From an uncultured Chromatiales bacterium (GTDB taxonomy: Bacteria > Pseudomonadota > Gammaproteobacteria > Poriferisulfidales > Oxydemutatoraceae), in contig CAYFZO010000006.1 of assembly GCA_964347615.1 (NCBI GenBank), positions 4,126-68,125 of the forward strand: 64,000 bases of DNA, in the 5' to 3' direction. Under the pieces are notes generated by a model that made no database searches, was not told where the DNA came from, and saw nothing but the letters and a program-made list of their open reading frames with translations. Below are positions 1 to 9,380 of the stretch, piece after piece. Every line of letters starts with the position of its first letter. Positions within the stretch are counted from its first letter, which is position 1. The translations under genes were made by a program, and so were the position numbers.

Positions 1-8
1 AGGCGAGT

Positions 9-458
9 ATGGATTTATCAATGCCGGATTTGCTGAAGAATACCCAATCGAGTGATATTTTCGCGGTCGTCGGCTTACCCGACGTCAAACTCGAAAAGAT
101 CGAAGAGCAAACGGAAGATGGGGATGATCTTTGGCAGGTAACCTTGCACGGCCTGGACGTATTCGACCCCACCACCATGGAGCCTTCCCCCCTGAAAGGC
201 AACGACGTGCCTTGCTGGATGCTAGACACCGATTACGACGGCCAATGCTTCCGCGCCGGTCAAGTATTTTTTCCGCGCACTTCGGCTTGGGATTCAATCC
301 GCCGGGCCGTGCAGGCGGATTTTGACGAAGCCGTGTGGGAACGCCTGCAAAGCGCCGTCAGCGAGCCGTTTGTGGCGGGAGAACAAATCGCCGTCAAAGC
401 CCTTGACGATAGAGGAAACGAACTGATGGTCGTTAAGAAAGTTGCAGACGAGAAATGA
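9..458 (+). CDS. Hypothetical protein. The ORF is open to the window edge, so it may be the 3' end of a longer upstream gene. Its stop overlaps the start of the next gene.
   Basis: ORF in the same orientation as the two downstream genes and coupled to them through an ATGA overlap at 455-458. No stop codon lies between position 3 and the first ATG, so the reading frame may continue upstream of the window. No recognisable catalytic motif. Confidence 0.35.
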   Translation: MDLSMPDLLKNTQSSDIFAVVGLPDVKLEKIEEQTEDGDDLWQVTLHGLDVFDPTTMEPSPLKGNDVPCWMLDTDYDGQCFRAGQVFFPRTSAWDSIRRAVQADFDEAVWERLQSAVSEPFVAGEQIAVKALDDRGNELMVVKKVADEK

Positions 459-2107
459 AAATAACCAAAGTCATCATCCGCAACTTCAAGCGTTTCAGAG
501 ATGAAACTTTCAACCTCGACGGGCACGTCGTTGTCGCCGGTCCAAACAATTCCGGTAAAACAACACTGTTACAGGCAATCGCCACTTGGCATCTGGCACT
601 GACGCGCTGGCGGGAACTGAACAGATATCAACGGCACGGCGGCGTTTACGCAAAGGCGCCGATTGCGAGACAAGCATTTTATTCGGTGCCTTTACGCGCT
701 TTTGACTTGCTGTGGCATCAACGCAGTGCAAACAACAGAATCGAGATAGAGATCACTTTCGACGGCATCCCTGTCCCCGTTGAAATAATCAGCGACTCCA
801 GCGAACAGGTCTTGGTGCGCCCCCTCCAATCCGTGGAGCCGGCGCAACTAAAGAACCCAAGCAACTTCCCCAACCCGGTTTTTGTCCCCGCCATGACCGG
901 CTTGAGTACGGAAGAACCGGTATATCAACAGCCAAAAATCAACCAACTGCTAGGACAAGGAAAGCCCGGCGACGTATTACGCAATCTGCTGGTCGAAACC
1001 CACCAAAACCAAGACGCGTGGGACCGCCTAACAGCGTCATTGAAAAAGATGTTCGACTACGACCTTCTCCCGCCGAATACCGACGGCCCGAACATCATTG
1101 CGGAATATCAACACACCGGCAGCGGGACAAAATACGATATTGCCAACGCCGGCAGCGGCTTTTTGCAAGTGCTGATGCTGCTGACCTTCCTGAACTCCCG
1201 ACAAGGAACCGTACTCTTGCTGGATGAACCCGACGCCCACCTGCACGTGATTCTCCAAGACAGTATTTACAGCGAGCTAAGGCTCGCGGCACAAAAGAGC
1301 AAATCTCAATTGATCATTTCCACCCACTCAGAAGTCATCATAGACACGGTCGACCCGAGAGAACTATGTGTGCTGTTGGGTACTCCCAGAAAGCTGGCAA
1401 GCAACGAAGAAAAAGCCTCGTTGATATTTTCCTTATCCTCGCTTTCCAACTTGGACATCATGCTGGCACTTGAAAAGAAAAAGGTGCTTTATCTGGAAGG
1501 ACACACGGACCTCGACGTGCTGCGCGCGTGGGCTCATATCCTGGAACACCGAGCAGAAAATTTATTGGAGCAGCCGTTTTGGAAGCCCGCCGTATTTGAA
1601 ACCGCACCAGGAGCAAGAGGAATAAAGGCAGAAAATCATTTCGAGGCCCTACTGCTCGTTGAAAAAGAAATCCGCGGCGTACAAGTCATTGACCACGACG
1701 GAAATCCCGATATTCCCGACGGGAATACCGCCTTTGACGGAAAGCTGCTGAAGTTGTGCTGGAGTCGTTATGAGATCGAAAGCTATCTTGTGCATCCCGA
1801 CGTTCTCGCTCGATTCATTGCAGAAACGGTCGGGCCGACGGCGGAAATGGCGAACAGCGAAGCGATGAAAGAACTCATGCACGACTACCTGCCCAAGCAA
1901 GCCGCAGAAAACCCGATGCAGGAACACGGCTATTTCAAAAATACGAAAGCTCGTACCGACGTCTTGCCGCCGATTCTTGACAGGGCCGGACTGCCGGGTT
2001 TTCCTTACACACGTTACGCAGAAATCGCCGAAGTGATGCGGCAGGATGAAATCCACCCTGAGATAACGGAAAAACTGGATGCAATCGCTGACTATCTGGG
2101 ACTGTAA
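455..2107 (+). CDS. OLD-family nuclease (GajA-like): an N-terminal ABC-type ATPase and a C-terminal Toprim domain
   Basis: The N-terminus reads 'IIRNFKRF...VVVAGPNNSGKTTLL' (Walker A). 'LLLDEPDAHLH' is Walker B, followed by the ABC signature/H-loop-like 'ISTHSEVI'. The C-terminus has 'KKVLYLEGHTDLDVL', an E...DxD Toprim-like motif. This layout is typical of OLD/GajA/AriA-type proteins. The stop overlaps the next start. Confidence 0.75.
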   Translation: MKITKVIIRNFKRFRDETFNLDGHVVVAGPNNSGKTTLLQAIATWHLALTRWRELNRYQRHGGVYAKAPIARQAFYSVPLRAFDLLWHQRSANNRIEIEITFDGIPVPVEIISDSSEQVLVRPLQSVEPAQLKNPSNFPNPVFVPAMTGLSTEEPVYQQPKINQLLGQGKPGDVLRNLLVETHQNQDAWDRLTASLKKMFDYDLLPPNTDGPNIIAEYQHTGSGTKYDIANAGSGFLQVLMLLTFLNSRQGTVLLLDEPDAHLHVILQDSIYSELRLAAQKSKSQLIISTHSEVIIDTVDPRELCVLLGTPRKLASNEEKASLIFSLSSLSNLDIMLALEKKKVLYLEGHTDLDVLRAWAHILEHRAENLLEQPFWKPAVFETAPGARGIKAENHFEALLLVEKEIRGVQVIDHDGNPDIPDGNTAFDGKLLKLCWSRYEIESYLVHPDVLARFIAETVGPTAEMANSEAMKELMHDYLPKQAAENPMQEHGYFKNTKARTDVLPPILDRAGLPGFPYTRYAEIAEVMRQDEIHPEITEKLDAIADYLGL

Positions 2108-5100
2108 TGGCCATAAACGAAGTCGAAAACCCGATCATAAACTCGCCCTACCAAGAGCCGGCGGCGCATTGGAAAATTCACGAGCACGAACCGGCGGAAA
2201 AAATCGAGGGGCGCCGAAAACCAACTTATATATACCTGCCGCCGGGAATCCAAATAAGCAGTGAGAACGAACGTGAAGTGGGCTATGAAATAGAACTGCA
2301 ACTGGTCTCCCGGATAAGGGAACGACTCGCGGAATGGCGACCGCTCGCCTTGAACGGAAGCGGCGGTGTTACCCGAACCACGATGGATCTGCTTAACTAC
2401 TGGCGGCGAGACGGAAGAAAACACCCTTTGTTTTTTGCGCAGCTTGAGGCTGCGGAAACAATCATTTTCCTCAAAGAAGCACGCGCGGATTTCTTGCACG
2501 GGATCGACGTTCCTGAGGACGACCCCGGAGAAAACAAGCGGCAGCAGGGGTTCACCGCTTTTCAACGGCTGTGCTGCAGAATGGCAACCGGCTCCGGAAA
2601 AACGACCGTGATGGCCATGCTGGCTGCATGGAACGTGCTGAACAAGGTCAACAACAAGCGGGATCCACGGTTCTCCGACGCCATATTAATCGTTTGCCCG
2701 AATGTGACAATCCGTGACCGACTGGCCGAGCTCGACCCCAAGAGAGGTGAAGCCAGCATTTATCGGACCAGCGACCTCGTCCCGCCCGCGTTCATGCCTC
2801 AATTGGCGCAGGGGCGAGTCCTGACGGTGAATTGGCACGTCTTTGAACCACGCGGCTCCCAACTCGGGAGCAAGGTGGTGAAGACCGGGCAACCCGTGTC
2901 CATCCGAGAGACCGTATTGATTCGCGGTGAAACCACCACCGCGCGCGGCAGACGATACATGACCGAAGACGATCTTAGGCAGAAAGAATCTCTCGGGTTC
3001 TTAACGATTATTCCCGGCTCGGAAAAAAAAGACAAGGACGGCAATCTTGAAAAGGTGGAGATAGAAGCGAAAAAATACGTCGAGTCCGACGCTGCATTGG
3101 TGCAACGTGTCTTGGGAAATGAGCTCGGGACGCGCCGCAAGATCCTGGTATTCAACGACGAGGCGCATCACGCATACCGCCTGCGTGGAGACGACACTGA
3201 AAACACATCAGAAGACGAGCTTATCGGTGATGAAGAGGTAGCAAGAAACTATTACAAGGAAGCCACGGTCTGGGTGGACGGTTTGGACCGAATACATAAA
3301 CTTCGGAACATCAGTTTTTGCGTTGATTTTTCGGCAACGCCGTATTTTCTGGGCAACGCGGGCAAGGACACCAACCGCATATTCCCGTGGACGGTAAGCA
3401 ACTTCGATTTACAAGACGCGATTGAAGCCGGGCTGGTCAAGATTCCTCAACTCGCGGTGCGAGATTCTTCCGGAAGCAACGTCCCGGGATACTTTAATAT
3501 CTGGAAATGGATTTTGCCTCAGCTTACATCTACCGAGCGCGGCGGAAAAAAAGGCGAAGTCAAACCGGAAGCGATTCTCAAATATGCACACACACCGATT
3601 GCCATGCTCGGCGGAATGTGGGAAGCCCTCAGGCAGGAAATGATGAACTCAGACGACCCCCGCCCGCCGGTTTTAATCATTGTCTGTAAAACCCGGAAGC
3701 TGGCGAAAGTCGTGTATGAATGGATAGCCGAAGACCAGCCGCCGAACGCCGCCATTCCGAGTGCGCAGCTGGCCGGACTGCGTAACGACGACGAGCATCA
3801 AAATACGATCTGCGTCTATTCAGACGTGCAAGACGAGATTGAAAGCGGTAACGCCAAGAGCGATGAAAACCGTTGGATGCGCCACACGCTGGACACCATC
3901 GGCAAAAGAGAGTGGCCGACAGACGGTCAGAGGCGACCGCAATACCCCGATGGTTTTGAAGAACTCGCGGAGAAAATGAGGCGCGATAAACACCCGCCGG
4001 GACGGGACGTGCGCTGCATCGTCAGCGTGGGCATGCTCACTGAAGGGTGGGATTGCAACACGGTGACACACATCATCGGCTTGCGCCCGTTCATGTCGCA
4101 ACTTTTGTGCGAGCAAGTGATCGGACGCGGTCTGCGGCGCATTTCTTATGACGTCGGCGAAGACGGGCTGATGAACGAAGAAATCGCCAAGGTGTTCGGC
4201 GTGCCGTTGTCCGCTTTCACCGTTAAAACCTCTAACGGTGGCGGTAAGAAGAAACTGAAGCGCCACCATATTTACGCACTGCCCCAGAAAGAAAACTATG
4301 AGATCCGCTTTCCGCGCGTTGAAGGCTATCGGCAGGTTATCCGAAACCGCCTCGTCTGCGACGTGCAGAAAGTTGCTGAACTAGAAATCGATCCGCAGAA
4401 AATTCCAAAAGAAGTAGAAATGAAAGCAGGGTTATCCAACAACTTTGGTCGTCTTTCTCTTCATGGACCGGGGAAAATCAACCAGGCGGGCTTAGATGAA
4501 TTCCGACAAGAAATGCGGCTGCAACAAAGGTTTTATCAGATGACGACCAGGTTGGCAAAGGATTATTCCCAAAATGAGGGATGCCGATTGCCGGTGGGAA
4601 TTCTGTTTCTTCAACTCTACGAAATCGTACAGGAATATTTTGACGAAAGAGTTGTCGCTATTGAACCTGCAGACAAAAAAGACGCCTTTTTGTCTCCGTA
4701 TTACGGGTACGTGATTGAACGTCTGTTGGAGACCATTCGTCCTGAAGAATCTTCTGGCGAAGCACCTGAGCTGCCACGCTATGAACGCATGAGGGACCAC
4801 GGGTCCACCGCGGAAGTCGATTTCTACACTCGCCGCAAACCTTACTCGGTGTCCAAAAGCCATATAAACGCCGTCGTGCCGGACACCAAGAAGCTTGAGC
4901 AATCAGCTGCGTGGTATCTAGACCGACACCCGAAAGTTTTCTCATTCGCAAAAAATGAAGGAATGGGTTTCGGCATTCCTTATTTGCACGACGGCACGGT
5001 TCACGATTACATGCCTGACTTCCTTGTTCGTCTAGACGGCGAAAACGGCGAAAATCGCTATTTGATTCTTGAGACCAAAGGATACGATGAACTGAAAGAA

Positions 5101-5223
5101 ATCAAACGAAACGCCGCAGAACGTTGGGTCGCCGCGGTTAACGCCGACGGCAAATACGGGCAATGGCACTACGAAATGATTGCCAAAGCCGAAGAAGTAA
5201 ACGGTGTTCTGGATAAGATGTAA
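2107..5223 (+). CDS. SF2 helicase-nuclease of the type III restriction Res-subunit type: a DEAH helicase core with a C-terminal PD-(D/E)xK endonuclease
   Basis: The N-terminus 'NPIINSPYQEP..HW' is characteristic of Res-type proteins. Helicase motifs are present: motif I 'ATGSGKT', motif Ia 'IVCPN', motif II 'FNDEAHH' and motif VI 'QVIGRGLRR'. The C-terminus has 'PDF...RYLILETKG', a PD...ExK nuclease motif. Confidence 0.75.
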   Translation: MAINEVENPIINSPYQEPAAHWKIHEHEPAEKIEGRRKPTYIYLPPGIQISSENEREVGYEIELQLVSRIRERLAEWRPLALNGSGGVTRTTMDLLNYWRRDGRKHPLFFAQLEAAETIIFLKEARADFLHGIDVPEDDPGENKRQQGFTAFQRLCCRMATGSGKTTVMAMLAAWNVLNKVNNKRDPRFSDAILIVCPNVTIRDRLAELDPKRGEASIYRTSDLVPPAFMPQLAQGRVLTVNWHVFEPRGSQLGSKVVKTGQPVSIRETVLIRGETTTARGRRYMTEDDLRQKESLGFLTIIPGSEKKDKDGNLEKVEIEAKKYVESDAALVQRVLGNELGTRRKILVFNDEAHHAYRLRGDDTENTSEDELIGDEEVARNYYKEATVWVDGLDRIHKLRNISFCVDFSATPYFLGNAGKDTNRIFPWTVSNFDLQDAIEAGLVKIPQLAVRDSSGSNVPGYFNIWKWILPQLTSTERGGKKGEVKPEAILKYAHTPIAMLGGMWEALRQEMMNSDDPRPPVLIIVCKTRKLAKVVYEWIAEDQPPNAAIPSAQLAGLRNDDEHQNTICVYSDVQDEIESGNAKSDENRWMRHTLDTIGKREWPTDGQRRPQYPDGFEELAEKMRRDKHPPGRDVRCIVSVGMLTEGWDCNTVTHIIGLRPFMSQLLCEQVIGRGLRRISYDVGEDGLMNEEIAKVFGVPLSAFTVKTSNGGGKKKLKRHHIYALPQKENYEIRFPRVEGYRQVIRNRLVCDVQKVAELEIDPQKIPKEVEMKAGLSNNFGRLSLHGPGKINQAGLDEFRQEMRLQQRFYQMTTRLAKDYSQNEGCRLPVGILFLQLYEIVQEYFDERVVAIEPADKKDAFLSPYYGYVIERLLETIRPEESSGEAPELPRYERMRDHGSTAEVDFYTRRKPYSVSKSHINAVVPDTKKLEQSAAWYLDRHPKVFSFAKNEGMGFGIPYLHDGTVHDYMPDFLVRLDGENGENRYLILETKGYDELKEIKRNAAERWVAAVNADGKYGQWHYEMIAKAEEVNGVLDKM

Positions 5224-5283
5224 CCAATTTCAGTCTTTCCCTTATCTTCTTTATGGTTACGGAGAACCCAAGAAGCAATCACC

Positions 5284-6222
5284 ATGCCAATAACTGATGT
5301 ATTTTCAAAGCGACAGAAGAAGCTTCGTGGGGAAGTTCCTGATGTGTACGTATATGATGATTTGCCACACCCACTTAGGATACAAATTGTCCGAGCCTGG
5401 GAATACTCGCTTAAGCGGCAAGAAGACAGCGGGGATGTTTCTGATTTACTACAAAGAGCTGCTCAAGAAACGATCAGAATCTTGTGTGATGAGTATGGGG
5501 TATTTGAATTGCCTGGAACTGGATACGAATATGAGGATGATTTTTCTAGGCTCTGCAACTTCTTCTTTCAAGAAGAAGATATAGAAAAAGCCCTTGACCC
5601 TGTGGAGCTACTTCCTGATGTTTTTTATCAACGATACCGAGATGAAGAACATTTTACTTCCGACCCGCCTAAACAGTCGTCGGCTAGATTGTTAGAAGAG
5701 CTAAACGCTAGATTCAAGGAGCACGGTGTAGGGTATCGATTTAGTGACGGAAAGATAATTCGTATCAGCTCAGAATTCACTCATTCAGAAATTGTAAAAC
5801 CTGCTTTACAGCTGCTTCATGATCAATCTTATTCCGGTGCTCAAAAAGAATTTTGGAAAGCACACGAGCATTATCGCAAGGGCGACTTCCCAGGAGTGCT
5901 TGTTGAGTGTCATAAAGCTTTCGAGAGTGTTATGAAAGTAATCTGTGAAAAAAGAGGGTGGGATTTCGGAAAAAATCCTAAAGCAAGCAAATTGATTGAA
6001 ACATGTTTCGAAAAAAAGTTAATTCCAGAGTTTTGGAAAAGTCATTATGAGTCATTAGAAAACTTTCTTAAAACCGGTACTCCTACTGCACGCAACAAAT
6101 TAGGCGCCCACGGGAGCGGCTCAACTTCTCCTCCAGTGCCAGATTATCTCGTTGCCTACACGCTACATATAACTGCCTCCACAATCATTTTCCTTGTAGA
6201 AGCAGAAAAAAATCTGTCATGA
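5284..6222 (+). CDS. Hypothetical protein with a C-terminal HEPN-like Rx5H motif (Abi-like candidate)
   Basis: AT-rich ORF sitting in a defence context. 'TARNKLGAHGSG' fits the HEPN Rx4-6H catalytic motif and lies in the C-terminal region. No other family signature was recognised. Confidence 0.4.
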   Translation: MPITDVFSKRQKKLRGEVPDVYVYDDLPHPLRIQIVRAWEYSLKRQEDSGDVSDLLQRAAQETIRILCDEYGVFELPGTGYEYEDDFSRLCNFFFQEEDIEKALDPVELLPDVFYQRYRDEEHFTSDPPKQSSARLLEELNARFKEHGVGYRFSDGKIIRISSEFTHSEIVKPALQLLHDQSYSGAQKEFWKAHEHYRKGDFPGVLVECHKAFESVMKVICEKRGWDFGKNPKASKLIETCFEKKLIPEFWKSHYESLENFLKTGTPTARNKLGAHGSGSTSPPVPDYLVAYTLHITASTIIFLVEAEKNLS

Positions 6223-6237
6223 ACTGATATAAGCCTA

Positions 6238-6531
6238 TTGCTTCTTCTTTTACTTACCCAAGCCAGCCGGCAGCTTTCGACTGCGGCGCCGCGTGGCTCT
6301 CGATTACGCTACAAGCGGGACGCTTCGGCCTCTACTACCCACGGCATGGCCGGTATCAAACGCGACGAGGTGTACCCCGCGCTCGGCATAGACCCCGAGA
6401 AGTATCAGGTGATTTGCGGGTTTGTGCTCGGGGTGTTGGATACGAAAGAGAACCTGAATCAGGACTTTGTCGAGGGCGAGCAGCCGTCGGGACGGGATGC
6501 GCTGGATGTGATTTGGATGAGGGAGGAGTGA
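6238..6531 (+). CDS. Short ORF of uncertain reality between the HEPN-like gene and the distal end of the CRISPR array. It may be a gene remnant.
   Basis: 97-aa ORF with a Leu-run N-terminus and no recognisable motif. It lies in the array trailer region. Confidence 0.15.
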   Translation: MLLLLLTQASRQLSTAAPRGSRLRYKRDASASTTHGMAGIKRDEVYPALGIDPEKYQVICGFVLGVLDTKENLNQDFVEGEQPSGRDALDVIWMREE

Positions 6532-6558
6532 GCATAAGCTTAGTTGAACGGATTTGTA

Positions 6559-8858
6559 TGTGCCAATGAGGCCGGTGCAACGTTGCGCCGGATGTGAAGA
6601 CGCCGATCGTTCTTTACGGTGCGCCTGGCTTGCTTTAATGAAGCCAGCGCAACGGTGCGCCGGATGTGTCAGCGGGGTGTCCATCTCATCGCCGGGCGTG
6701 CCGTCCCTTCAATGAAGCCGCGCAACGTTGCACCGGATATCTCATGCGTCGGCACCTGCTGATCCATGTACCAGTCACTTCAATGAAGCCACCGCAACGT
6801 TACGTCGGATGTTTGGACAACTATAACTTACACTATTTTTTACAAGCTGGCTTCAATGAAGCCGGCGCAATGTTGCGCCAGATTTAGCGGGCGGAGTATC
6901 CGCCGGATCTCGCCCTTCGTACTTCAATGAAGCCGGCGCAATGTTGCGCCGGATGTCCAGCTTCGGGGCGACCTATACCGGCTACAACTTCCCCCTTCAA
7001 TGAAGCCAGCGCAACGTTACGCCGGATTTCTTGGACCGTCAATTTCCGACGCCGAGAGTGCCCCGAGCCTTCAATGAAGCCGGCGCAACGTTACGCCGGA
7101 TTTCACGTACAAACTTTTGCCTGCACCCGGTGCCCCAGTTATCCTTCAATGAAGCCGGCGCAACGTTGCGCCGGATTTGACATTTACCATCACTGACGCT
7201 ACCGGCACGATTACCCTTCAATGAAGCCAGCGCAACGTTGTGCCGGATTTCAAGCTTAGGATAAGCTCTTTTAATCGAGTGCGCTGCCTTCAATGAAGCT
7301 GGCGCAACGTTGCGCCGAATGTGCCTCGTCTGTACAAGGCGTTCTTCGATGGTCAGCCGCTTCAATAAGGCCGGCGCAATATTACGCCGGATGTGTTTCT
7401 TGATTGTTATCGTGTCCCCGACCTTGCCCTCCCTTTAATGAAGCCAGCGCAACATTACGCCGGATGTTTGGACAACTGTAACTTACACTATTTTTACAAG
7501 TTGGCTTCAATGAAGCCGGCGCAACGTTGCGCCGGATTTACCGCAACTCCCTGTAAATCGTCTTGCGCGTCGCCTTGCTTCAATGAAGCCGGCGCAACGT
7601 TGCGCCGGATTTCCAAGCAACTCTCGCGGCCCTGCTCGACGGGCAGGAGCCGCTTCAATGAAGCCGGCGCAACGTTGCGCCGGATTTCCGACGTAAACGG
7701 ATTTGCCCTTGAGTTTTTGGTAGCTTCAATGAAGCCGGCGCAACGTTGCGCCGGATTTCATGTCCTCGGCGAGGACGGCGGATCGAAATGACGGCGCTTC
7801 AATGAAGCCGGCGCAACGTTGCGCCGGATTTGCGTGCACGGACTTGTTGGGTTGGCAAGATTCCTGAGCTTCAATGAAGCCGGCGCAACGTTGCGCCGGA
7901 TTTAGCAGGCCAAGAGAACCTATCGGTCGACCTCGGTATGCTTCAATGAAGCCGGCGCAACGTTGCGCCGGATTTCTCCAGCACCACGCCGAACCACACC
8001 GAGCCTCGGTAGCGCTTCAATGAAGCCGGCGCAACGTTGCGCCGGATTTGAAGATAAACGATCTGAACTGGACATCGATACCCATGCTTCAATGAAGCCG
8101 GCGCAACGTTGCGCCGGATTTCCCTCTTTCCTGACACGTGAAAACCTTGTCATCATTCTGCTTCAATGAAGCCGGCGCAACGTTGCGCCGGATTTTCCCC
8201 GACGTCAACTCCGCTACCGCGTAGATTCCCGGGCTTCAATGAAGCCGGCGCAACGTTGCGCCGGATTTCGCTGTGCCCGCAACGCTCGCTTGCAGTCCCG
8301 CGTTGCGCTTCAATGAAGCCGGCGCAACGTTGCGCCGGATTTCTGGTATAAGCTGCTGCCATGGCTCGTAGGATGCGTAACGCTTCAATGAAGCCGGCGC
8401 AACGTTGCGCCGGATTTGTCGTTGCCGGCGGCGTCATAGGCGGTGAGCTTGTAGCTTCAATGAAGCCGGCGCAACGTTGCGCCGGATTTGGTGGCCGGTG
8501 CGGTTATCCACTGCATCAGGGATGAGCGGCTTCAATGAAGCCGGCGCAACGTTGCGCCGGATTTTGCTCCAGCCCTATCTTGTATTTGATGAGCTCCTGG
8601 CGCTTCAATGAAGCCGGCGCAACGTTGCGCCGGATTTGAGTTCCAGTCTCTCACGGCCTTGAGGGGCAAGGGGGGCTTCAATGAAGCCGGCGCAACGTTG
8701 CGCCGGATTTCCTGTCGTTGTGTCCGTGAGTGACGCCCCTGACGCTCTGCTTCAATGAAGCCGGCGCAACGTTGCGCCGGATTTCATCGCAGCGGCCCGA
8801 GGGGTTACAGCGAGGATCTGGCGCTTCAATGAAGCCGGCGCAACGTTGCGCCGGATTT
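6559..8858 (-). CRISPR. CRISPR array of about 32 repeats of 36 bp with 35-38 bp spacers. The leader is at the high-coordinate end, next to cas2, and the array is transcribed on the minus strand.
   Basis: The repeat GCTTCAATGAAGCCGGCGCAACGTTGCGCCGGATTT recurs with a period of about 73 bp. On the minus strand it reads AAATCCGGCGCAACGTTGCGCCGGCTTCATTGAAGC. It has a perfect internal palindrome, CCGGCGCAACG/CGTTGCGCCGG, and ends in ATTGAAGC, which is the typical 3' handle orientation. Repeats are perfect from about 7,505 to 8,858 and progressively degenerate from 7,433 down to 6,559. Confidence 0.95.
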
Positions 8859-9080
8859 AGCCGCCCCTGATTCCTTTCCACGGCGCGGCTCATTCTGACA
8901 TACTTCGAGACCTGCCACGACACGCTCACGGTTTTCAACTCCTCGGCTGGCGCATCCAGCGCGGTGGTGATTAACTCGTTGCAACGCAAGAGGAAAACTT
9001 GATGCGAGCGCTCGCCGTGATTTGCCCGCCGCTGAAGCCCTCGCGGCGGATGCAGCAACGCGCCCTTCCCTCGGGAACGG
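8859..9080 (-). promoter_or_regulatory. Putative CRISPR leader between the cas2 stop and the first (newest) repeat
   Basis: This unique 222-bp segment lies between the 3' end of cas2 (9,081) and the terminal perfect repeat. It has the same orientation as the cas operon and the array. It is unusually GC-rich for a leader. Confidence 0.45.
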
Positions 9081-9374
9081 CTATACGATGGTCGCTTGTC
9101 GGGTCGGTGCTTCATAGGTCTTTCCCAGACTCTCGACACGCGGGTCAACTTTCTCGGCTGGCCCCAGGTCGAGAATCAAGATGTGATCCTCCGCCGGTTG
9201 AATCAGTTTCTCCAGGCGCGTGAGCATCTCGACGCGCCGCCTGGCCGTCAGCCGGCATTGAAACACCGACAGCTGCAACCAGTAGCCGTATCCTTTCATC
9301 GACTTGAACACCTGCCGCCAGCGTTTCGGTTCGGCGATGTCGTAAGTAACAATGTAAAGATGCTCGTTGGCCAT
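9081..9374 (-). CDS. cas2: Cas2
   Basis: 97-aa protein beginning 'HLYIVTYDIAEPKRWRQVFKSMKGYGYWLQLSVFQC', which is the typical Cas2 N-terminal beta-strand/Asp motif. It lies immediately downstream of cas4-cas1 and next to the array. Confidence 0.9.
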   Translation of the reverse strand: MANEHLYIVTYDIAEPKRWRQVFKSMKGYGYWLQLSVFQCRLTARRRVEMLTRLEKLIQPAEDHILILDLGPAEKVDPRVESLGKTYEAPTRQATIV

Positions 9375-9380
9375 GATACA

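Noticed and set aside
1-5223. Calling the first locus a canonical Gabija system
   Set aside because: The partner is an SF2 Res-type helicase-nuclease with DEAH motifs, not the UvrD-like SF1 helicase GajB. It is therefore described as OLD plus Res-like, not Gabija.
6927-9148. Numerous 60-160 aa ORFs on both strands across the CRISPR array (for example 6,927..7,196, 7,039..7,365, 7,393..7,791, 7,920..8,156, 8,153..8,437, 8,678..9,148) with recurring 'MKPAQRCAGF' / 'IRRNVAPASLK' peptides
   Set aside because: They are translations of the 36-bp repeat in different frames. The periodic identical peptides are an artefact of the array and are not genes.
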